Assembly (NCBI GenBank): GCA_028534125.1
Contig: CM052816.1
Span: 30,010,001 to 30,074,000, forward strand
DNA: 64,000 bases
Direction of reading: 5' to 3'
Source of the DNA: Lama glama
Lineage: Eukaryota
The position numbers were made by a program, and so were the translations under genes. Each line of letters starts with the position of its first letter. Positions within the stretch are counted from its first letter, which is position 1. Positions 53,560 through 64,000 of the stretch are shown here, piece after piece. The notes under the pieces were generated by a model. That model had not been told where the DNA came from. It worked only from the letters and a program-made list of their open reading frames with translations, and did no database searches.

Positions 53560-54945
53560 AATAAAACTCCTATTGACCCAGTTGCCCAAGCCAGAAACAT
53601 GGGAGTGATCCCGGACTCTCCCAGCCCCAATCTACATTTTGTATCTATCCATTCTCTTCATCTTCACTGTACCCCTGATTGAAGCTACATTCACTTTTAC
53701 TAAGACTATTTCAGTAGCCTTGTAAATGGTCCCTCCATCTTGCTCTTAATTCCTTCCAATTCACTTGTCACGAAGCAGCCAGGATAGTTTTCTTTTTAAA
53801 CAATAAAAAAGCTTAAAGTGCCCCAATGATTCTCTATTGTATTTGAGATAAACATAAATTAGAATATCCTTACCACAACTTCCTGGGCTCTGTGCAATCT
53901 GGTCCCTGTCTGCTGTTCTGTGTCTAACTTGAGCCATTCTCCCCTTTGATTCATTGCCTTCTTTCAAATACTCTAGCCTCCATTTAGTTCTCTAAAGGGG
54001 CAAGTCTCTTTCCCATGTGAGAACCCTCACACTTTTTGCTCTCTCTGGTTGAAACATTTCTTTCATTACTTTTTGCCTACTCATCCTTCAAGTCTCAGGT
54101 TGAATGCTGCTTCCTCACTGAGGGGATTCCTGGAAGACTTGTTTAAACTAGATATACCCTGTTATTGTCTTTCATAGTGTGCTGTGAAGGGTAAATTCAG
54201 CAAGCCAGTGTGCTAAAACTCTGCACATTCCAAAGAAAGGCTGTTGTAGGACTTTCTCTTAGAAGATAAATACTGAGCCTTTCGGAATATGATAGGAGAT
54301 TTTTGTATGCTTGAGGCCTTGGACATACACAGTGCCATTTTGATTAGATATTTTATCCTAATGATATGATTGATGATGAATGACTGCTTTTGCCAAGGGG
54401 GCTGAAATCTGAGTGGCTGAGGTCAGTCATGCAGGAGTTACATATCTGTGTGACTAGCTCTCAATTAAAACCCGAGACATCAAAGCTCAGGGAGCTTCCC
54501 TGGTTGGCAGTGCTTCTGATGTGTTGTCCCACACCATTGCTGGCAGAATTAAGCACGTCCCCATTCAACTCCACCGGGAAGGAACTCCTGGAAGCTTCCA
54601 CCTGGTTCCTCTTAGATTGTACCTCATCTCCCTATTCCCTTTGCTGATTTTAATCTGTGTTCTTTCTCTGTAATAAACTGTAACTATGAATATAACTGCT
54701 TTTCTGAGTCCTGTGAGTTCTTTTAGTAACTCATGAAGACCAAGAATGGTAGTAGGGACTCAATATCCTGTTTATTTTTCATTCAAAACAATTATCTCCA
54801 TTTATCATTATGTATAATGGTCTAGTTCATTTTTTTTGCTTGATTTCTATACATTCTAGTGGGAGTTAGGAAGAATTTCTTTCTTTCTTTATACCCAGTG
54901 CTTAGCATAGCACAATAGGTCCTCAGTAAATATCTGGGGAAATAA
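53560..54945 (+). mobile_element. L2 element interrupted by an LTR
   Basis: cccagttgcccaagccagaaacatgggagtgatcc...ctcatccttcaagtctcagg; resumes after 54770 with cccagtgcttagcatagcac...ctcagtaaatatctg. Confidence 0.8.
54183..54768 (+). mobile_element. ERVL-class solo LTR (MER68/MER77/MER21-like)
   Basis: Starts TGTGAAGG. Contains ggagcttccctggttggca and an AATAAA within gtaataaactgtaactatgaatataactgcttttctgagtcctgtgagt, typical of this group. Confidence 0.75.
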
Positions 54946-55154
54946 AAGTATATTTACAGTATTTGGTGAAAATAAAATTTCAAATAGCCCCAGAGAAGTT
55001 TAAATAAGATATGATAACATTGCCCTTTAATTTGATTTTAGCCTTTAAGTATTATGATTTAGCTTTGCTACCTCAATAATTTGTATATAATTGGAAATAG
55101 AAAAGGTCACAACTAGGAAAAAGAAATTGGTAAAAGCAAATATGCAGTAAAGGT

Positions 55155-56706
55155 AGGGAAACAAAAACAAAAATAAACAGATGGGACCATATCAAACTAA
55201 AAATCTTTTGCATAGCAAAGGAAACTATCAACAAAATGAAAAGGCCATTTACTGAGCGGGAGAGGATATTTGCAAACAATATACTTGAAAAGGGATTAAT
55301 ATCTGAAATATACAAAGTACTCAAATAACTAAACATCAAAACAGAAATCTGATGAAAAAATGGGAAGAAGACCTGAATAGACATTTTGCCAAAAAAGACA
55401 CACAAATGACCAGTAGGCACAAGAAAAAGATGCTCAACATCACTAATCATCAGGGAAACGCAGATCAAAACCACAGTGAGATGTCAGTTCACACCTGTCT
55501 GAATGGCTATTATCAAAAAGAACAGAAGTAACAAGTGTTGGTAAAGATGTGGGCTTAGATGTACATCACGTGCCCTGGTGGTGGGAATGTAAATTGGTGC
55601 AGTCTTTATGGACCGCAGAATGGAGATTCCTCAAAAAAACTGAAAAACTGAACATAGAACTACCATATAATCCAGCATTTCCACTTCTGGATAGCTACCT
55701 AAAGAAAATGAAAACACGAATTCAAAAAGATATATACACCCCTACGTTCATGATAGCGTTATTTACAATAGCCAAATTATGCCCAAGTGCCCATAGGTAA
55801 ATGTACACAGAAGATAATATTCACATACACACACAGACAATAAAATATTATAAAGCCTTAAAAGGAATGAAATCTTGTAATTTGCACAGCATGAATGGAC
55901 CTGGAGGATATTGTGATAAGTGAAATTAATCAGAGAAAGACAAGTACTGTATGATTTCACTTATATGTGGAATCTACAAAACTAAACAAATAGAACAAAA
56001 TAGAAACAGAATCATAGATACAGAGAACAAACAGGTGGTTGCCAGGGGGGAGAAAGGGGGGAGGAGAGAAATAGGCAAGAGAGTTTAAGTGATATAAACT
56101 TCCAGTTACAAAATAAGTGAGTCAGGGGTATGAAATGTACAGTGTGGGGTATCTAGTCAATAATTATGTAATACCTTCATATGGTAAAAGATAGTAGCTA
56201 GACTTACCATGATCATTATTTTGAAATGTGTAGAAATACTGAATCACTGTGTTGTGTACCAGGAACTCACGTGGTGTCGTAGGTCAGTTATGCTTCAAAA
56301 CTAAACAAACTCGTAGCAAAAGAGACCAGATATATGCTTCCCAGAGGTGAGAGTAGGGGAGAGGAGAATTGGATGAAGGTGGTCCAAAGGAACAAACTTC
56401 CAGTTATAACTAAATAAGTACTGTGGATGTAATGTACAAGATGATAAATATAATTAACACTGCTGTATGTTTATATATATATTTATATATGAAAGTTATT
56501 AGGAGAGTAAATCCTGAGAGTTTTTACCACAAAGAAAAAATATTCTGTTTTATTTGGTATCTATCTATATAGGATGATGGATGTTTACTAAAGTTATTGT
56601 GACAGTCATTTCATGCTATATGCAAGTCAAATCATTATGCTTTACACCTGAACCTATATAATGCTATATGTCAATTATATCTCAGTAACACTGGAAGGGA
56701 AAAAAG
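55155..56706 (+). mobile_element. L1 3' ~1.55 kb (laurasiatherian L1MA9-like 3' UTR)
   Basis: ORF2 C-terminal remnants followed by a long 3' UTR ending tgtcaattatatctcagtaacactggaagggaaaaaa. Confidence 0.9.
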
Positions 56707-56951
56707 ACATTCAAAAACATTTTTAAAAAGTCCCCAAGATTTCAACTGGCTTTACAGATTTGTGGTAATAACTAATAATTCTAGTAACTATTTTCACTCA
56801 GTTCTCTGAGTTAATATTTCCTTGTCACTTTTGTATTATAATTCCTACAATAATGTTTAAGCTTGATACAGAGGATTTGGGAGTGATTATTGAGAAATAA
56901 GGGAGAGATAAAACAATGCAAACAATTGTTCAGGCTGGTTTGTAGAAACAA

Positions 56952-58828
56952 AGTGACAGTGCTGTATATTAGATCCCTAGGACTTATTTATCCGGCATAA
57001 CTGAGATGTTATACCCTTTGATAGATACCTCCCCATTTCACTCTGTCCCCAGCCCCTGGCAACCACCCGTTCTGTTCTCTGTTTCTATGAGCTTGACTGT
57101 TTTAGATAAGTCTATATATAAGTGCGATCATGCAGTATTTATTTTTCAGTGTTCTGCTTATTTCACTTAACATAATGTTCTCCAGGTTCATCTATGCTGT
57201 TGCATTGGCAAGGTTTCTTTCTTTTAAGTTGAAAGATATTTTATTTTATATATATATATATAGATATATCTATCTATCTATATATCTGTATCAGTCTCTA
57301 TGTATGTATTTATGTATCTATGTGTCTGTATACCTATCATCTATTTCACATTTTCTTTATCCATTCATCAGTCAATGAACATTCGTTTCTTCATCTTGAG
57401 TATTGTGAATATTGCTGCAGTGAACACAGGAGTGTTACTATCTCTTTGGGATCACGATTTCAATACTCTTGGATAAATAGCCAGAAGTAGGGTTGCTGAA
57501 TCATATGGTAGTTTTATTTTTAATTTTTTGAGGAACCTTCATACTGTTTTCCATAGTGGCTGTAACAATTGCATCCTCACCAATAGCATACAAGTGTTCC
57601 CTTTTCTCCACATCCCCTCAAACACTTGTCTTCTGTCTTTTTGATGATAACCATTCTAACAGATGTGAGGTGATATCTCATTGTGGTTTTGTTTTGCATT
57701 TCCCTGATAATTAGTGATACTGAGCATCTTTTCATATATTTCGTTGGCCATTTGTATATCTTCTTTTGAGAAATGTCTGTTTACGTCTTTTGCCTCTTAA
57801 AAAATTGAAGTTGTTTGTTTGTTTGTTTGCTCTCAAGTTATGTTAATTCCCTATATATTTTGGAGTTAACCCCATATCAGATATATGGCTTGCAAACGTT
57901 TTATCCCTCTACCATTTTATCCCACTTAGGTTGCCTTTTCACTTTGGTGGTGGTTTTCTTTACTGTGCAGCCTTTTAGTTTGATGAAATCACATTTTTCT
58001 ATTTTTGCTTTTGTTGCATGTGCTTTTAGTGTCACATTAAAAAATTGTTGTCTAAACCAATGTCAAGAAGCTTTTCCCCTGTGTTTCATACCAGTAGTTT
58101 TACAGTTTCAGCTCACATGTTTACGTCTTTAATTCATTTTGGATTGACTTTTATGTATGGTTTGAAATAAGAAAAGTTCGATCTCATTTTTCAGGATGTG
58201 GATATCCAGTTCCCCAAAACCTTTTATTGAAGAGATTGTCCTTTCTCCACTGTGTGTTCTTGGCACCTTTGTCAAAGATCATTTGATGGTAGGTGTGTGG
58301 GTTTATTTCTGAGTTCTCTATTCTGTTCCATTGGTATTTATGTCTGTTTTTATGCTTGTTTCATATTCTTTTGATTACTTTATCTTTGTAATATATTTTG
58401 AAATCAGGTAGTGTTGTGCCTCCAGTTTTGCTGTTCTTACACAAGATTTCTTTGGCTCTTTGGAGTCTTTTGCAGTTTTATATGGATTTTAGGATTTTTT
58501 TTCAATTTCTGTAAAAAATTGGGATTTTGATAGAGATTGCATTAAAAATAAATAAATTCTGGAGATCTATTACACAACATTGTGACTACAGTAACAACAC
58601 TGTATCATATACTTGAAATTTGTTAATATACTCGGGTAGATATTACATATTTTCAGCACCTCCACAACAAAAAGAAGATGGTAAATGTGTGAGGTCATAG
58701 ATATGTCAATTAGCTTGATTGTGGTGATTATTTCACAGTGTATACGTATGTTAAATCATCAAGTTGTACACCTTCAGTATATAACATTTTAAACTGTCAG
58801 TTACACCTTGGCAAAGCTGGGGGGAAAA
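56952..58828 (+). mobile_element. L1MA-type insertion with a 1.6-kb 5' inversion (56952-58545 reversed; 58546-58828 sense 3' end)
   Basis: The reversed segment starts at the sequence where the sense segment begins. Degenerate TSD AGAAACAAAGTGA (56944-56956) / AGAAAATAAAATGA (58829-58842). Confidence 0.8.
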
Positions 58829-60143
58829 AGAAAATAAAATGAGGCAGTAAGTTATGAGCTGTCACTGGAAGGAGAATTCTAAAGCTGTGAAGAGCATAAT
58901 TAATTAAAGAACTTTGTACCTTGCTCTTGACCTACATTCGAAATTGCAGAGTTAGTAAACCAGGACTAGAAATCTCTAAAGAATGCAGTCAAATAGATAC
59001 AAGCTTGACTTATAAATAGAAAGAACAGGGGTAATGAAAAATTAATTTAGGAGTTTAAAAAATGTCTGTTGTAGTAACTGATAAGAAGTATCCACTGTTT
59101 TCTACACGTCCTTGAATTTATCTCTGTGTTCTGAGCATCCTGAAGTTATTCTTCCATTGTCCTGCCACACTGTCTGCCATTGGTGGAAACAGATATGGAG
59201 GAAGTAGAGGAAAGAAATTAGGGGGCTGTCAGAAATCAGTCACAGTATGAATCTGGTAACTGAAAGTGAGTACTCATTTCCAGTGATTCTAGGTCTGACT
59301 GCTCCACATACATCCTGTAATATTAATGTCAATATCACAAATTTTCCGAAGTCGGACGCACTTTGTTGCATGTGTTGAGATGCTCATTTTCTCTCTATAA
59401 AGTAGAGGGTATTAAAGTGGTCCCGGGGTTTTTGTTTTTTGTTTTTCGTTTTTTGTCTGTGTGGCATTCGTTCCTCTTCTTGCAAAGAACCCAGGTTTCA
59501 CATTGAAGATCTGTCCTTCCCTGCATGGCCTGGACACATGACATTTGCTGTCCGGGAATTTGAATCTGGAATAGCAATATCAGCCAGGCAATGGTTTTCC
59601 CAGCTGTTGAGCCCTGAAGAAGCAGTCATTAAATTCTCCTATCTGTGTTTGCCGAAGTGCCCTAATTCTTCATTTTTCTGAGGCAAAATACTTTCGTTGA
59701 ACCTGTGAGACATCAAATATAGACAGAGCTGCATGAAGCGTCAAGGTTGAGGAGTATTGATCTCTCACTGCCAGGAAGGTCCACCTTGTGGAGTCAGGTG
59801 TTGCTTGGGAAATGTTTGTGGGCTGGTGAAGATGTGTTCAAGCAGATGTGTTTGTAGGACCTTACAATGTCCCTGATGGCAGCAGTGCTTTTATTCTAAT
59901 TCATTAACACATGGTCTATTACTGAAGTAAATGCTTCTTAGTATACTTTTAACTAAAAAACTGGATCTGGTTACTTCTGCTCCACAGTAGCATGGATTCA
60001 GTGAAAGAAGCTTCTGGATTTTGGCTGCTGAACTTACTCCTTATTCTGTTCACTCATTGTCATTCAGTAAACATTCACAGAGTCTAAGCTGTATGTAACA
60101 TCCTGTGGTGTGGCCTAGTGGAGCTTCATCCTAGGAAATTTTT

Positions 60144-60194
60144 TAAAACTTTAAAAAATTATTTTTATTTTTATTGGGAAAGGCAATAAAATTT

Positions 60195-60238
<44 letters not shown>

Positions 60239-60360
60239 TTTGGGGGGAGGTAATTAGGTTTATTTATTACTTATTTATTATAATAGAGGTACTGGGGGCT
60301 GAACCCAGGACCTCGTGCATGCTAGGCGGGCACCCTGCCACTGTGTTATACCCTCCTACT
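60144..60360 (-). mobile_element. tRNA-derived SINE, camelid vic-1 type, with (TTTA)n tail
   Basis: Reverse complement of the 21564 SINE (gtactgggggctgaacccaggacctcgtgcatgctagg). TSD CTAGGAMATTTTT at 60131-60143 and 60361-60373. Confidence 0.9.
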
Positions 60361-61286
60361 CTAGGACATTTTTATATGGCCAAAATGATTAGCTTTGCTA
60401 GAGAGAAACTTAAAAGGCTTGAGGAAAAGTACTGTTTCAGACAGGGGTCTATGAAGTTTTAAAGACCTTTAAGAGATCGTGGTTCTGTAAGACAACTGCC
60501 CTTGTTAACATTTCCTAAATGTAGTCTAGTATTTAACTTCATAAGATTTCAGAAGATTCTCCTACAAGCTAACCTTAATTCCTCCCCTAAATTCCATTTT
60601 TGCCTTCTCCCCCATCATTGCATCTACAGAATAGTTGATTCCTTGTAATACCCCTTCATTTAGTTAATAGCGTTAATAAAAAATCCTTTATATAGTTAAG
60701 ACAGTTACTAAGTCACTTTTCAGGCTTTTTCTTCTTCAGGCTAAGTTATCTAATTATGCCAGCCTTTATATCATAATTAAACTAAAGATTGCCTTAGAAG
60801 AGTTTAATCACATTGCTGAAATATCCTCCAATCAGTTGTCTGGTGAGGAGAACTATGGTTAGTGGCCTTGTAAAGCTTAAGAGGTTTCCAATTATGTGTT
60901 ATTCTGTGCTGTAAACTTCCATCTGGCAGAGACCTGGAGGAAACAACCAAACAAAAACACAGTCACCTCTGTTGACTCTCCGTGGGGCTCAACACTTGAG
61001 CGAACCACTCAAAGCAGGTCTGAATTGTGTCCCATTGATTACAAAAATCCCAAGTACAGGGTACTAAGGGTTTTTGCAGTAGTATCCTAGAAAATCAGCT
61101 TTCAAATCACACAAGTTCAAATCTGAAGTCTGCTCAGTGAAAGTGAAAGGATTACCAGGCTAAGTGATTTCAAGACAATATCCCATGTCTCTGTCCTCTG
61201 CGGGGGTTAGGAGTGAGGATGGTGGTCCAGTTCCTGTATGACCTTGCCACCTTGCCATGCGTCAAGGTCTGTGTTTGCCAACAGTA

Positions 61287-62110
61287 CAGTAGTCCCTCCT
61301 TATTCTTGTTGGGGGATACATTCCAAGTTCCCCAGTGGATGCCTGAAACCACGGGTAATACCATATATATACTATGTTTTTTCTCTACCTATATACCTAT
61401 GATAAAGCTTAATTTATAAATTAGGCACAGTAAGAGATTAACAATAATAACTCATAATAAAATAGAACAATTATAACAATAGACTATAATAAGAGTTATG
61501 TGAATGTGGTCTTGCTCTCTCATAATATCTTATTTTACAAATTTATGCCTTTTCCATCTTAACTAAGCACTTCCCATGTGCTGTGGCCATAACTTTTGCA
61601 GTTTGAGGTGTGACAGCTAAACTAGCACACACTTCTTTTTCCTTCTTCACAGTTTCATGGATTGAAGATTTGTTCTTACTGTAGATCTTAGCAACCTCAG
61701 TGTACAATTTTTTCTTTTTTTATTAAGTCAAGAACTTTCACCTTTTCACTTAAGGGAAGTATTCTACAGCTCCCCTGGTGTACCTGAATTGCCAGCTCTT
61801 GGGCTTTAAAGAGGGCCATTATTAAGTAAAATAAGAGTTGTTGAACATAAGAACTGCGATCCTGCGACAGTCCATTTGATAACTGAGAGTGCCTAATGGG
61901 CAAGATACCCTGGACAAAGGGATGAGTCCTGTCCTGGGGAGATGGAGCCGGTCAGCATATGATTTCATCACGCTACTCAGAACAGCTTGAAATTTTAAAC
62001 TTATGAATTGTTTATTTCTGGAATTTTTCCATTGAATACTTTCAGATTGAAGTTGACCACAGGTAACTGAAACTGTGGAGAATGAAATCATTGAAAAGAG
62101 GAGGCTACAA
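61287..62110. mobile_element. MER44-family (Tigger7-derived, TcMar) non-autonomous DNA transposon
   Basis: TA|CAGTAGTCCCTCCTTAT left TIR and degenerate right TIR followed by TA. Internal ccccagtggatgcctgaaacc and aaattaggcacagtaagagattaacaataataac. Confidence 0.85.
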
Positions 62111-62771
62111 TATCTCTTTGGCCATAACGGTTCTACACTTTGAAAAAACTAACCATTGGTTACCTTTAAAATAACAGATAGATTTTAACATATTTTCTAT
62201 ATATCTTAGATAAAATATATGTTCTAAATAACTTTATGTCCTTCAATTCACTTTCACTGTCTTTTTTACTTCCTCTTCTGATTGCTATCTAAATCTTAAA
62301 ATAGGAAATTATTCCGGTGGTTGCACACATCCCTTTCTTCAGATGTGAACATGATACTGACCTCAAATTTGAATCAGAAAGCTGTGTAACTTCTCAGCTG
62401 CAGCTCTTTCTGGTGCTGTTGTCCTGATAACTGGATGTCCTGAGGACCAAGACTGGGATGAAGCAAGAGAGCTGCCCAGGGTGCAGCATTTGAGGGGCGT
62501 TCACTCTCAGAGTTCTCCAAGTGCCTCCCAGCCTGGGCTCTCCACACCTTTTCCCAGGGATGTGTGTCGGAGGTGGACAGACATATTAGAATGTGGTTGG
62601 AGGAGGAGAGCACACTGTTGCTGCAATTCTAGAGCAGTCTGACCCATGTGTCAGTGAAGGTAAGAATCCTGTAGATTCAGGAGAGGGATCCTGTATATTG
62701 GCAAACAGTGACTAGATCCAGACCTCTATTCTGGTCCCTCTGATTTTTCCTTCTCTCTTGACGTGTACTGA

Positions 62772-63116
62772 TGCTATGGACTCAATTGTGTTCTCCCCAA
62801 ATTTGTGTGTGGAAGTACTAACCTTCAGTACATCAGAATATGCCTGTTTTTGGACAGAGGGCCTTTAAAGAAGTAATTAGGATTAAATGAAGCCATGGAG
62901 GTGGCCCTAATCCAATGTGACTGGTGTCCTTATTAGAAGAGAGAACGTGTTCACAGAGAAAAGGCCGTGTGAGGACACAGGAAGACGGCCATCTGCAAGC
63001 CAAGGAGAGAGGCCTCAGGGGAAGCCACACCGTCAACACCTTGATCTGTCTTCCAGCTTCCAGAACTGTGAGAAAGTAAATTTCTGTTCTCCAAGCCAGC
63101 AGCCCTAGTGAACGAC
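62772..63116 (+). mobile_element. MaLR solo LTR (MLT1A/B-like)
   Basis: TGCTATGGACT...ggccctaatccaatgtgactggtgtccttat...cttccagcttccagaactgtgagaaa. Confidence 0.9.
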
Positions 63117-63609
63117 AGCTGGTCACGTGGCCAGTGCTGTGCGGGGAAGGGCTTCGTGCCTGAGATTTTCCCTTCCTAGCCCTGCCTGTGACCCTCTGTG
63201 ACACTCACACAAGGAGGCTTAGTTCTTATCATTTTATTCTTTGCCCTTTAACTTCAAAGAAGCTATTTTTGGATTAAGAACTCCTTTTATGAGATATAAT
63301 TAGAATTTGAGGCCCAGCCAAGAAAGACCTCTGGAGGTTTCCTTTTGCTCTAGGAGTAGGATTGTAAAGTTTAATGGGCCTGCTCAGTGTTCTTTGAGTT
63401 CGGGGCCATGCCCAGTCCCTGCTGTTATTACCTACAGTAGAAAAGAAATCGACTCGATGTCATGCTTGAAGGATGGACCAGGCTGCTCTTTAAAACAGAA
63501 AGTTGGCTAGTTTCCGTAATGTGCATTTAATGATTGGAACCATTTATTTGTCTTCCCAATTCTTTCACTTAATTTAAGGTTAAACCACATTTATTTTCTT
63601 TCCACTTAA

Positions 63610-63795
63610 ACACACACACAAGTGTATGTATACACTATATATACACACATATATGACATATATACATGCATATATAATATATAAATACATATGTAATATG
63701 TAATACATAAATGCATATATGATATATTATAGATATTAATATATGATAATAATTATAAAATTCGTACACACAATATATAGGCATATATAAAAATA
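63610..63795. repeat. Degenerate (TA/CA) low-complexity tract
   Basis: Seen directly. Confidence 0.85.
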
Positions 63796-64000
63796 TAAAC
63801 TCCAATAACAATAAATTAAAATGTTTAAGAATGGACCAAAAGAACACTCTTTTCAGGACAGGAGCAACCCTGAATAGCCTGTCAGAAGTTTGATGGTGTT
63901 GAGAGCCAGTAATACATGAAGAAACCCTACGACTGGAGCCCTAGTGTTGATTCCCCAGCCAACTCGTCTCAAGTGTCCATATGTATAAAAGGAGGGTGTT

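Noticed and set aside
1..64000. CRISPR arrays, prokaryotic operons, NUMT, processed pseudogene or viral coding insert
   Set aside because: I saw no regularly spaced repeats, gene-dense ORFs, mitochondrial-like sequence or retrocopy signature. The sequence is mammalian non-coding DNA.

Overview
AT-rich, CpG-poor mammalian genomic DNA. It is very probably camelid (camel/alpaca): three tRNA-derived vic-1-type SINEs and young L1 3' ends are present, and I saw no Alu, Bov-tA or PRE-1. The window looks like the interior of a very large intron of a gene transcribed on the + strand. Most L1 pieces are antisense to +, and the best splice-site pairs are on +. There is no long ORF, and the ORF track is essentially noise or degraded L1. 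Much of the sequence is interspersed repeat: L1, L2, MIR, solo LTRs of ERV1, ERVL and MaLR, MER5, MER53, MER44/Tigger and microsatellites. The best non-repeat signals are a frame-preserving 45-nt cassette-exon candidate (47732-47776, LKIASLYLPRGDTK[R/S]), a candidate alternative terminal exon (acceptor at 20311) and several weaker cryptic exons. I could not identify the host gene. Structural oddities include two twin-primed (5'-inverted) L1 insertions, an L1 whose 5' UTR is fused directly to ORF2, inverted L1 pairs (one bracketing the 45-nt exon) and a template-switch palindrome. I did not find convincing evidence of a new multi-gene system. Repeat names come from recalled consensus sequences, and repeat boundaries without TSDs are approximate.
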